64,000 nt of DNA from Eledone cirrhosa (lineage: Eukaryota). Shown here in pieces: positions 11,880-24,900 of this stretch (its first letter is position 1; every line of letters starts with the position of its first letter). Both the position numbers and the translations under genes were made by a program. Under the pieces are notes generated by a model. It was not told where the DNA came from. It did not search any database and saw nothing but the letters and a program-made list of their open reading frames with translations. The stretch covers positions 5,952,001 through 6,016,000 of the forward strand of contig OZ024759.1 in NCBI GenBank assembly GCA_964016885.1. Direction: 5' to 3'.

Positions 11880-14530
11880 TTCATGGTACTACCTGTCAGA
11901 AGTGACTCCACTGTTGGTGAGAATTCATTTAAGTTCATGGTACTAGCTGTCAGAAGTAACTCCACTGTTGGTGAGAATTCATTTAAGTTCATGGTACTAG
12001 CTGTCAGAAGTAACTCCACTGTTGGTGAGAATTCATTTAAGTTCATGGTACTAGCTGTCAGAGGTAACTCCACTGTTGGTGAGAATTCATTTAAGTTCAT
12101 GGTACTAGCTGTCAGAAGTAACTCCACTGTTGGTGAGAATTCATTTAAGTTCATGGTACTAGCTGTCAGAAGTTACTCCAATGTTGGTGAGAATTCATTT
12201 AAGTCATGGTACTAGCTGTCAGAAGTAACTCCACTGTTGGTGAGAATTCATTTAAGTTCATGGTATTAGCTGTCAGAAGGAACTCCACTGTTGGTGAGAA
12301 TTCATTTAAGTTCATTGTATTAGATGTCAGAAGTAACTCCACTGTTGGTGAGAATTCATTTAAGTTCATGGTACTAGCTGTCAGAAGTAACTCCAATGTT
12401 GGTGAGAATTCATTTGAGTTCATGGTATTAGCTGTCAGAAGTAACTCCACTGTTGGTGAGAATTCATTTAAGTTCATGGTATTAGCTGTCAGAAGTAACT
12501 CCACTGTTGGTGAGAATTCATTTAAGTTCATGGTACTAGCTGTCAGAAGTAACTCCACTGTTGGTGAGAATTCATTTAAGTTCATGGTACTAGCTGTCAG
12601 AAGTAACTCCACTGTTGGTGAGAATTCATTTAAGTTCATGGTATTAGCTGTCAGAAGTCACTCCACTGTTGGTGAGAATTCATTTAAGTTCATGGTATTA
12701 GCTGTCAGAAGTAACTCCACTGTTGGTGAGAATTCATTTAAGTTCATGGTATTAGCTGTCAGAAGTAACTCCACTGTTGGTGAGAATTCATTTAAGTTCA
12801 TGGTATTAGCTGTCAGAAGTAACTCCACTGTTGGTGAGAATTCATTTAAGTTCATGGTACTAGCTGTCAGAAGTAACTCCACTGTTGGTGAGAATTCATT
12901 TAAGTTCATGGTATTAGCTGTCAGAAGTAACTCCACTGTTGGTGAGAATTCATTTAAGTCATGGTATTAGCTGTCAGAAGTAACTCCACTGTTGGTGAGA
13001 ATTCATTTAAGTTCATGGTACTAGCTGTCAGAAGTAACTCCACTGTTGGTGAGAATTCATTTAAGTTCATGGTATTAGCTGTCAGAAGTAACTCCACTGT
13101 TGGTGAGAATTCATTTAAGTCATGGTATTAGCTGTCAGAAGTAACTCCATTGTTGGTGAGAATTCATTTAAGTCATGGTACTAGCTGTCAGAAGTAACTC
13201 CACTGTTGGTGAGAATTCATTTAAGTTCATGGTACTACCTGTCAGAAGTAACTCCACTGTTGGTGAGAATTCATTTAAGTTCATGGTACTAGCTGTCAGA
13301 AGTAACTCCACTCTTGGTGAGAATTCATTTAAGTTCATGGTACTAGCTGTCAGAAGTAACTCCACTGTTGGTGAGAATTCATTTAAGTTCATGGTATTAG
13401 CTGTCAGAAGTCACTCCACTGTTGGTGAGAATTCATTTAAGTTCATGGTATTAGCTGTCAGAAGTAACTCCACTGTTGGTGAGAATTCATTTAAGTTCAT
13501 GGTATTAGCTGTCAGAAGTAACTCCACTGTTGGTGAGAATTCATTTAAGTTATGGTATTAGCTGTCAGAAGTAACTCCATTGTTGGTGAGAATTCATTTA
13601 AGTCATGGTACTAGCTGTCAGAAGTAACTCCACTGTTGGTGAGAATTCATTTAAGTTCATGGTACTACCTGTCAGAAGTAACTCCACTGTTGGTGAGAAT
13701 TCATTTAAGTTCATGGTACTAGCTGTCAGAAGTAACTCCACTGTTGGTGAGAATTCATTTAAGTTCATGGTACTAGCTGTCAGAAGTAACTCCACTGTTG
13801 GTGAGAATTCATTTAAGTTCATGGTACTAGCTGTCAGAAGTAACTCCACTGTTGGTGAGAATTCATTTAAGTTCATGGTACTAGCTGTCAGAAGTAACTC
13901 CACTGTTGGTGAGAATTCATTTAAGTTCATGGTACTAGCTGTCAGAAGTTACTCCAATGTTGGTGAGAATTCATTTAAGTCATGGTACTAGCTGTCAGAA
14001 GTAACTCCACTGTTGGTGAGAATTCATTTAAGTTCATGGTATTAGCTGTCAGAAGGAACTCCACTGTTGGTGAGAATTCATTTAAGTTCATTGTATTAGA
14101 TGTCAGAAGTAACTCCACTGTTGGTGAGAATTCATTTAGGTTCATGGTACTAGCTGTCAGAAGTAACTCCAATGTTGGTGAGAATTCATTTGAGTTCATG
14201 GTATTAGCTGTCAGAAGTAACTCCACTGTTGGTGAGAATTCATTTAAGTTCATGGTATTAGCTGTCAGAAGTAACTCCACTGTTGGTGAGAATTCATTTA
14301 AGTTCATGGTACTAGCTGTCAGAAGTAACTCCACTGTTGGTGAGAATTCATTTAAGTTCATGGTACTAGCTGTCAGAAGTAACCCCAATGTTGGTGAGAA
14401 TTCATTTAAGTTCATGGTATTAGCTGTCAGAAGTCACTCCACTGTTGGTGAGAATTCATTTAAGTTCATGGTATTAGCTGTCAGAAGTAACTCCACTGTT
14501 GGTGAGAATTCATTTAAGTTCATGGTATTA
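11880..14530 (+). repeat. Block repeated at 1776-bp (33-monomer) offset (~11880-12760 and ~13660-14530)
   Basis: TACCTG (11890/13666), AGTTACTCCAAT, CATTGTATTAGATG (12313/14089) and TTTGAGTTC occur in the same order. ORFs 12206/13982 match. Confidence 0.85.
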
Positions 14531-15539
14531 GCTGTCAGAAGTAACTCCACTGTTGGTGAGAATTCATTTAAGTTCATGGTATTAGCTGTCAGAAGTAACT
14601 CCATTGTTGGTGAGAATTCATTTAAGTCATGGTACTAGCTGTCAGAAGTAACTCCACTGTTGGTGAGAATTCATTTAAGTTCATTGTACTAGCTGTCAGA
14701 AGGAACTCCACTGTTGGTGAGAATTCATTTAAGTTCATGGTATTAGCTGTCAGAAGTAACTCCAATGTTGGTGAGAATTCATTTAAGTCATGGTACTAGC
14801 TGTCAGAAGTAACTCCACTGTTGGTGAGAATTCATTTAAGTTCATGGTATTAGCTGTCAGAAGGAACTCCACTGTTGGTGAGAATTCATTTAAGTTCATG
14901 GTATTAGCTGTCAGAAGTAACTCCACTGTTGGTGAGAATTCATTTAAGTTCATGGTACTAGCTGTCAGAAGTAACTCCAATGTTGGTGAGAATTCATTTA
15001 AGTCATGGTACTAGCTGTCAGAAGTAACTCCACTGTTGGTGAGAATTCATTTAAGTTCATGGTACTAGCTGTCAGAAGTAACTCCACTGTTGGTGAGAAT
15101 TCATTTAAGTTCATGGTACTAGCTGTCAGAAGTAACTCCACTGTTGGTGAGAATTCATTTAAGTTCATGGTATTAGCTGTCAGAAGTAACTCCACTGTTG
15201 GTGAGAATTCATTTAAGTTCATGGTACTAGCTGTCAGAAGTAACTCCACTGTTGGTGAGAATTCATTTAAGTTCATGGTATTAGCTGTCAGAAGTAACTC
15301 CACTGTTGGTGAGAATTCATTTAAGTTAATGGTATTAGCTGTCAGAAGTAACTCCACTGTTGGTGAGAATTCATTTAAGTTCATGGTATTAGCTGTCAGA
15401 AGTAACTCCACTGTTGGTGAGAATTCATTTAAGTTCATGGTACTAGCTGTCAGAAGTAACTCCACTGTTGGTGAGAATTCATTTAAGTTCATGGTATTAG
15501 CTGTCAGAAGTAACTCCATTGTTGGTGAGAATTCATTTA

Positions 15540-18500
15540 AGTCATGGTACTAGCTGTCAGAAGTAACTCCACTGTTGGTGAGAATTCATTTAAGTTCATT
15601 GTACTAGCTGTCAGAAGGAACTCCACTGTTGGTGAGAATTCATTTAAGTTCATGGTATTAGCTGTCAGAAGTAACTCCAATGTTGGTGGGAATTCATTTA
15701 AGTCATGGTACTAGCTGTCAGAAGTAACTCCACTGTTGGTGAGAATACATTTAAGTTCATGGTGTTAGCTGTCAGAAGGAACTCCACTGTTGGTGAGAAT
15801 TCATTTAAGTTCATGGTATTAGCTGTCAGAAGTAACTCCACTGTTGGTGAGAATTCATTTAAGTTCATGGTACTAGCTGTCAGAAGTAACTCCAATGTTG
15901 GTGAGAATTCATTTAAGTTCATGGTATTAGCTGTCAGAAGTAACTCCACTGTTGGTGAGAATTCATTTAAGTTCATGGTATTAGCTGTCAGAAGTAACTC
16001 CACTGTTGGTGAGAATTCATTTAAGTTCATGGTACTACCTGTCAGAAGTAACTCCACTGTTGGTGAGAATTCATTTAAGTTCATGGTACTAGCTGTCAGA
16101 AGTAACTCCACTGTTGGTGAGAATTCATTTAAGTTCATGGTACTAGCTGTCAGAAGTAACTCCACTGTTGGTGAGAATTCATTTAAGTTCATGGTACTAG
16201 CTGTCAGAAGTAACTCCACTGTTGGTGAGAATACATTTAAGTTCATGGTACTAGCTGTCAGAAGTAACTCCACTGTTGGTGAGAATTCATTTAAGTTCAT
16301 GGTACTAGCTGTTAGAAGTAACTCCACTGTTGGTGAGAATTCATTTAAGTTCATGGTACTAGCTGTCAGAAGTAACTCCAATGTTGGTGAGAATTCATTT
16401 AAGTTCATGGTGTTAGCTGTCAGAAGTAACTCCACTGTTGGTGAGAATTCATTTAAGTTCATGGTACTAGCTGTCAGAAGTAACTCCACTGTTGGTGAGA
16501 ATTCATTTAAGTTCATGGTATTAGCTGTCAGAAGTAACTCCACTGTTGGTGAGAATTCATTTAAGTTCATGGTACTAGCTGTCAGAAGTAACTCCACTGT
16601 TGGTGAGAATTCATTTAAGTTCATGGTATTAGCTCTCAGAAGTAACTCCACTGTTGGTGAGAATTCATTTAAGTTCATGGTACTAGCTGTCAGAAGTAAC
16701 CCCAATGTTGGTGAGAATTCATTTAAGTTCATGGTATTAGCTGTCAGAAGTCACTCCAATGTTGGTGAGAATTCATTTAAGTTCATGGTATTAGCTGTCA
16801 GAAGTCACTCCACTGTTGGTGAGAATTCATTTAAGTTCATGGTACTAGCTGTCAGAAGTAACCCCAATGTTGGTGAGAATTCATTTAAGTTCATGGTATT
16901 AGCTGTCAGAGGTCACTCCAATGTTGGTGAGAATTCATTTAAGTTCATGGTATTAGCTGTCAGAAGTAACTCCACTGTTAGTGAGAATTCATTTAAGTTT
17001 ATGGTATTAGCTGTCAGAAGGAACTCCAATGTTGGTGAGAATTCATTTAAGTCATGGTACTAGCTGTCAGAAGTAACTCCACTGTTGGTGAGAATTCATT
17101 TAAGTTCATGGTATTAGCTGTCAGAAGGAACGCCACTGTTGGTGAGAATTCATTTAAGTCATTGTATTAGCTGTCAGAAGTAACTCCATTGTTGGTGAGA
17201 ATTCATTTAAGTCATGGTACTAGCTGTCAGAAGTAACTCCACTGTTGGTGAAAATTCATTTAAGTTCATGGTATTAGCTGTCAGAAGGAACTCCACTGTT
17301 GGTGAGAATTCATTTAAGTTCATGGTATTAGCTGTCAGAAGTAACTCCACTGTTGGTGAGAATTCATTTAAGTTCATGGTACTAGCTGTCAGAAGGAACT
17401 CCACTGTTGGTGAGAATTCATTTAAGTTCATGGTATTAGCTGTCAGAAGTAACTCCACTGTTGGTGAGAATTCATTTAAGTTCATGGTATTAGCTGTCAG
17501 AAGTAACTCCACTGTTGGTGAGAATTCATTTAAGTTCATGGTATTAGCTGTCAGAAGTAACTCCACTGTTGGTGAGAATTCATTTAAGTTCATGGTATTA
17601 GCTGTCAGAAGTAACTCCACTGTTGGTGAGAATTCATTTAAGTTCATGCTACTAGCTGTCAGAAGTAACTCCACTGTTGGTGAGAATTCATTTAAGTTCA
17701 TGGTATTAGCTGTCAGAAGTAACTCCATTGTTGGTGAGAATTCATTTAAGTCATGGTACTAGCTGTCAGAAGTAACTCCACTGTTGGTGAGAATTCATTT
17801 AAGTTCATTGTACTAGCTGTCAGAAGGAACTCCACTGTTGGTGAGAATTCATTTAAGTTCATGGTATTAGCTGTCAGAAGTAACTCCAATGTTGGTGGGA
17901 ATTCATTTAAGTCATGGTACTAGCTGTCAGAAGTAACTCCACTGTTGGTGAGAATACATTTAAGTTCATGGTATTAGCTGTCAGAAGGAACTCCACTGTT
18001 GGTGAGAATTCATTTAAGTTCATGGTACTAGCTGTCAGAAGTAACTCCAATGTTGGTGAGAATTCATTTAAGTTCATGGTATTAGCTGTCAGAAGTAACT
18101 CCACTGTTGGTGAGAATTCATTTAAGTTCATGGTATTAGCTGTCAGAAGTAACTCCACTGTTGGTGAGAATTCATTTAAGTTCATGGTACTACCTGTCAG
18201 AAGTAACTCCACTGTTGGTGAGAATTCATTTAAGTTCATGGTACTAGCTGTCAGAAGTAACTCCACTGTTGGTGAGAATTCATTTAAGTTCATGGTACTA
18301 GCTGTCAGAAGTAACTCCACTGTTGGTGAGAATTCATTTAAGTTCATGGTACTAGCTGTCAGAAGTAACTCCACTGTTGGTGAGAATACATTTAAGTTCA
18401 TGGTACTAGCTGTCAGAAGTAACTCCACTGTTGGTGAGAATTCATTTAAGTTCATGGTACTAGCTGTCAGAAGTTACTCCACTGTTGGTGAGAATTCATT

Positions 18501-21500
18501 TGAGTTCATGGTACTAGCTGTCAGAAGTAACTCCACTGTTGGTGAGAATTCATTTAAGTTCATGGTACTAGCTGTTAGAAGTAACTCCACTGTTGGTGAG
18601 AATTCATTTAAGTTCATGGTACTAGCTGTCAGAAGTAACTCCAATGTTGGTGAGAATTCATTTAAGTTCATGGTGTTAGCTGTCAGAAGTAACTCCACTG
18701 TTGGTGAGAATTCATTTAAGTTCATGGTACTAGCTGTCAGAAGTAACTCCACTGTTGGTGAGAATTCATTTAAGTTCATGGTATTAGCTGTCAGAAGTAA
18801 CTCCACTGTTGGTGAGAATTCATTTAAGTTCATGGTACTAGCTGTCAGAAGTAACCCCAATGTTGGTGAGAATTCATTTAAGTTCATGGTATTAGCTGTC
18901 AGAAGTCACTCCAATGTTGGTGAGAATTCATTTAAGTTCATGGTATTAGCTGTCAGAAGTCACTCCACTGTTGGTGAGAATTCATTTAAGTTCATGGTAC
19001 TAGCTGTCAGAAGTAACCCCAATGTTGGTGAGAATTCATTTAAGTTCATGTTATTAGCTGTCAGAGGTCACTCCAATGTTGGTGAGAATTCATTTAAGTT
19101 CATGGTATTAGCTGTCAGAAGTAACTCCACTGTTAGTGAGAATTCATTTAAGTTTATGGTATTAGCTGTCATAAGGAACTCCAATGTTGGTGAGAATTCA
19201 TTTAAGTCATGGTACTAGCTGTCAGAAGTAACTCCACTGTTGGTGAGAATTCATTTAAGTTCATGGTACTAGCTGTCAGAAGTTACTCCACTGTTGGTGA
19301 GAATTCATTTGAGTTCATGGTACTAGCTGTCAGAAGTAACTCCACTGTTGGTGAGAATTCATTTAAGTTCATGGTACTAGCTGTTAGAAGTAACTCCACT
19401 GTTGGTGAGAATTCATTTAAGTTCATGGTACTAGCTGTCAGAAGTAACTCCAATGTTGGTGAGAATTCATTTAAGTTCATGGTGTTAGCTGTCAGAAGTA
19501 ACTCCACTGTTGGTGAGAATTCATTTAAGTTCATGGTACTAGCTGTCAGAAGTAACTCCACTGTTGGTGAGAATTCATTTAAGTTCATGGTATTAGCTGT
19601 CAGAAGTAACTCCACTGTTGGTGAGAATTCATTTAAGTTCATGGTACTAGCTGTCAGAAGTAACCCCAATGTTGGTGAGAATTCATTTAAGTTCATGGTA
19701 TTAGCTGTCAGAAGTCACTCCAATGTTGGTGAGAATTCATTTAAGTTCATGGTATTAGCTGTCAGAAGTCACTCCACTGTTGGTGAGAATTCATTTAAGT
19801 TCATGGTACTAGCTGTCAGAAGTAACCCCAATGTTGGTGAGAATTCATTTAAGTTCATGGTATTAGCTGTCAGAGGTCACTCCAATGTTGGTGAGAATTC
19901 ATTTAAGTTCATGGTATTAGCTGTCAGAAGTAACTCCACTGTTAGTGAGAATTCATTTAAGTTTATGGTATTAGCTGTCAGAAGGAACTCCAATGTTGGT
20001 GAGAATTCATTTAAGTCATGGTACTAGCTGTCAGAAGTAACTCCACTGTTGGTGAGAATTCATTTAAGTTCATGGTATTAGCTGTCAGAAGGAACGCCAC
20101 TGTTGGTGAGAATTCATTTAAGTCATGGTATTAGCTGTCAGAAGTAACTCCATTGTTGGTGAGAATTCATTTAAGTCATGGTACTAGCTGTCAGAAGTAA
20201 CTCCACTGTTGGTGAGAATTCATTTAAGTTCATGGTATTAGCTGTCAGAAGTAACTCCATTGTTGGTGAGAATTCATTTAAGTCATGGTACTAGCTGTCA
20301 GAAGTAACTCCACTGTTGGTGAGAATTCATTTAAGTTCATTGTACTAGCTGTCAGAAGGAACTCCACTGTTGGTGAGAATTCATTTAAGTTCATGGTATT
20401 AGCTGTCAGAAGTAACTCCAATGTTGGTGGGAATTCATTTAAGTCATGGTACTAGCTGTCAGAAGTAACTCCACTGTTGGTGAGAATACATTTAAGTTCA
20501 TGGTATTAGCTGTCAGAAGGAACTCCACTGTTGGTGAGAATTCATTTAAGTTCATGGTATTAGCTGTCAGAAGTAACTCCACTGTTGGTGAGAATTCATT
20601 TAAGTTCATGGTACTAGCTGTCAGAAGTAACTCCAATGTTGGTGAGAATTCATTTAAGTTCATGGTATTAGCTGTCAGAAGTAACTCCACTGTTGGTGAG
20701 AATTCATTTAAGTTCATGGTATTAGCTGTCAGAAGTAACTCCACTGTTGGTGAGAATTCATTTAAGTTCATGGTACTACCTGTCAGAAGTAACTCCACTG
20801 TTGGTGAGAATTCATTTAAGTTCATGGTACTAGCTGTCAGAAGTAACTCCACTGTTGGTGAGAATTCATTTAAGTTCATGGTACTAGCTGTCAGAAGTAA
20901 CTCCACTGTTGGTGAGAATTCATTTAAGTTCATGGTACTAGCTGTCAGAAGTAACTCCACTGTTGGTGAGAATACATTTAAGTTCATGGTACTAGCTGTC
21001 AGAAGTAACTCCACTGTTGGTGAGAATTCATTTAAGTTCATGGTACTAGCTGTCAGAAGTTACTCCACTGTTGGTGAGAATTCATTTGAGTTCATGGTAC
21101 TAGCTGTCAGAAGTAACTCCACTGTTGGTGAGAATTCATTTAAGTTCATGGTACTAGCTGTTAGAAGTAACTCCACTGTTGGTGAGAATTCATTTAAGTT
21201 CATGGTACTAGCTGTCAGAAGTAACTCCAATGTTGGTGAGAATTCATTTAAGTTCATGGTGTTAGCTGTCAGAAGTAACTCCACTGTTGGTGAGAATTCA
21301 TTTAAGTTCATGGTACTAGCTGTCAGAAGTAACTCCACTGTTGGTGAGAATTCATTTAAGTTCATGGTACTAGCTGTCAGAAGTAACCCCAATGTTGGTG
21401 AGAATTCATTTAAGTTCATGGTATTAGCTGTCAGAAGTCACTCCAATGTTGGTGAGAATTCATTTAAGTTCATGGTATTAGCTGTCAGAAGTCACTCCAC

Positions 21501-21900
21501 TGTTGGTGAGAATTCATTTAAGTTCATGGTACTAGCTGTCAGAAGTAACCCCAATGTTGGTGAGAATTCATTTAAGTTCATGGTATTAGCTGTCAGAGGT
21601 CACTCCAATGTTGGTGAGAATTCATTTAAGTTCATGGTATTAGCTGTCAGAAGTAACTCCACTGTTAGTGAGAATTCATTTAAGTTTATGGTATTAGCTG
21701 TCAGAAGGAACTCCAATGTTGGTGAGAATTCATTTAAGTCATGGTACTAGCTGTCAGAAGTAACTCCACTGTTGGTGAGAATTCATTTAAGTTCATGGTA
21801 TTAGCTGTCAGAAGGAACGCCACTGTTGGTGAGAATTCATTTATGTCATGGTATTAGCTGTCAGAAGTAACTCCATTGTTGGTGAGAATTCATTTAAGTC
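15540..21900 (+). repeat. Variable higher-order repeat: three ~2.2-2.5 kb copies plus an internal 809-bp duplication
   Basis: GGTGGGAATTC occurs at ~15686, 17894 and 20427. GAATACAT pairs recur, and GTTAGTGAG followed by AAGTTTATGG occurs at ~16977, 19132, 19941 and 21664. Long ORFs end at 17063, 19218, 20027 and 21750. Confidence 0.85.
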
Positions 21901-24900
21901 ATGGTACTAGCTGTCAGAAGTAACTCCACTGTTGGTGAGAATTCATTTAAGTTCATGGTATTAGCTGTCAGAAGGAACTCCACTGTTGGTGAGAATTCAT
22001 TTAAGTTCATGGTATTAGCTGTCAGAAGTAACTCCACTGTTGGTGAGAATTCATTTAAGTTCATGGTACTAGCTGTCAGAAGGAACTCCACTGTTGGTGA
22101 GAATTCATTTAAGTTCATGGTATTAGCTGTCAGAAGTAACTCCAATGTTGGTGAGAATTCATTTAAGTCATGGTACTAGCTGTCAGAAGTAACTCCACTG
22201 TTGGTGAGAATTCATTTAAGTTCATGGTATTAGCTGTCAGAAGGAACTCCACTGTTGGTGAGAATTCATTTAAGTTCATGGTATTAGCTGTCAGAAGTAA
22301 CTCCAATGTTGGTGAGAATTCATTTAAGTCATGGTACTAGCTGTCAGAAGTAACTCCACTGTTGGTGAGAATTCATTTAAGTTCATGGTATTAGCTGTCA
22401 GAAGGAACTCCAATGTTGGTGAGAATTCATTTAAGTCATGGTACTAGCTGTCAGAAGTAACTCCACTGTTGGTGAGAATTCATTTAAGTTCATGGTATTA
22501 GCTGTCAGAAGGAACGCCACTGTTGGTGAGAATTCATTTAAGTCATGGTATTAGCTGTCAGAAGTAACTCCATTGTTGGTGAGAATTCATTTAAGTCATG
22601 GTACTAGCTGTCAGAAGTAACTCCACTGTTGGTGAGAATTCATTTAAGTTCATGGTATTAGCTGTCAGAAGGAACTCCACTGTTGGTGAGAATTCATTTA
22701 AGTTCATGGTATTAGCTGTCAGAAGTAACTCCACTGTTGGTTAGAATTCATTTAAGTTCATGGTACTAGCTGTCAGAAGGAACTCCACTGTTGGTGAGAA
22801 TTCATTTAAGTTCATGGTATTAGCTGTCAGAAGTAACTCCAATGTTGGTGAGAATTCATTTAAGTCATGGTACTAGCTGTCAGAAGTAACTCCACTGTTG
22901 GTGAGAATTCATTTAAGTTCATGGTATTAGCTGTCAGAAGTAACTCCACTGTTGGTGAGAATTCATTTAAGTTCATGGTATTAGCTGTCAGAAGTAACTC
23001 CACTGTTGGTGAGAATTCATTTAAGTTCATGATACTAGCTGTCAGAAGTAACTCCACTGTTGGTGAGAATTCATTTAAGTTCATGGTACTAGCTGTCAGA
23101 AGTAACCCCAATGTTGGTGAGAATTCATTTAAGTTCATGGTATTAGCTGTCAGAAGTCACTCCACTGTTGGTGAGAATTCATTTAAGTTCATGGTATTAG
23201 CTGTCAGAAGTAACTCCACTGTTGGTGAGAATTCATTTAAGTTCATGGTATTAGCTGTCAGAAGTAACTCCACTGTTGGTGAGAATTCATTTAAGTTCAT
23301 GGTACTAGCTGTCAGAAGTAACCCCAATGTTGGTGAGAATTCATTTAAGTTCATGGTATTAGCTGTCAGAAGTCACTCCAATGTTGGTGAGAATTCATTT
23401 AAGTTCATGGTATTAGCTGTCAGAAGTCACTCCACTGTTGGTGAGAATTCATTTAAGTTCATGGTACTAGCTGTCAGAAGTAACCCCAATGTTGGTGAGA
23501 ATTCATTTAAGTTCATGGTATTAGCTGTCAGAGGTCACTCCAATGTTGGTGAGAATTCATTTAAGTTCATGGTATTAGCTGTCAGAAGTAACTCCACTGT
23601 TGGTGAGAATTCATTTAAGTTCATGGTATTAGCTGTCAGAAGGAACTCCAATGTTGGTGAGAATTCATTTAAGTCATGGTACTAGCTGTCATAAGTAACT
23701 CCACTGTTGGTGAGAATTCATTTAAGTTCATGGTATTAGCTGTCAGAAGGAACGCCACTGTTGGTGAGAATTCATTTAAGTCATGGTATTAGCTGTCAGA
23801 AGTAACTCCATTGTTGGTGAGAATTCATTTAAGTCATGGTACTAGCTGTCAGAAGTAACTCCACTGTTGGTGAGAATTCATTTAAGTATTAGCTGTCAGA
23901 AGGAACTCCACTGTTGGTGAGAATTCATTTAAGTTCATGGTATTAGCTGTCAGAAGTAACTCCACTGTTGGTGAGAATTCATTTAAGTTCATGGTACTAG
24001 CTGTCAGAAGTAACTCCACTGTTGGTGAGAATTCATTTAAGTTCATGGTACTAGCTGTCAGAAGGAACTCCACTGTTGGTGATAATTCATTTAAGTTCAT
24101 GGTATTAGCTGTCAGAAGTAACTCCAATGTTGGTGAGAATTCATTTAAGTCATGGTACTAGCTGTCAGAAGTAACTCCACTGTTGGTGAGAATTCATTTA
24201 TGTTCATGGTATTAGCTGTCAGAAGGAACTCCACTGTTGGTGAGAATTCATTTAAGTTCATGGTATTAGCTGTCAGAAGTAACTCCACTGTTGGTGAGAA
24301 TTCATTTAAGTTGATGGTACTAGCTGTCAGAAGTAACTCCAATGTTGGTAAGAATTCATTTAAGTTCATGGTATTAGCTGTCAGAAGTAACTCCACTGTT
24401 GGTGAGAATTCATTTAAGTTCATGGTATTAGCTGTCAGAAGTAACTCCACTGTTGGTGAAAATTCATTTAAGTTCATGGTACTAGCTGTCAGTAGTAACT
24501 CCACTGTTGGTGAGAATTCATTTAAGTTCATGGTACTAGCTGTCAGAAGTAACTCCACTGTTGGTGAGAATTCATTTAAGTTCATGGTACTAGCTGTCAG
24601 AAGTAACTCCACTGTTGGTGAGAATTCATTTAAGTTCATGGTACTAGCTGTCAGAAGTAACTCCAATGTTGGTGAGAATTCATTTAAGTTCATGGTATTA
24701 GCTGTCAGAAGTAACTCCACTGTTGGTGAGAATTCATTTAAGTTCATGGTACTAGCTGTCAGAAGTAACTCCACTGTTGGTGAGAATTCATTTAAGTTCA
24801 TGGTATTAGCTGTCAGAAGGAACTCCAATGTTGGTGAGAATTCATTTAAGTCATGGTACTAGCTGTCATAAGTAACTCCACTGTTGGTGAGAATTCATTT

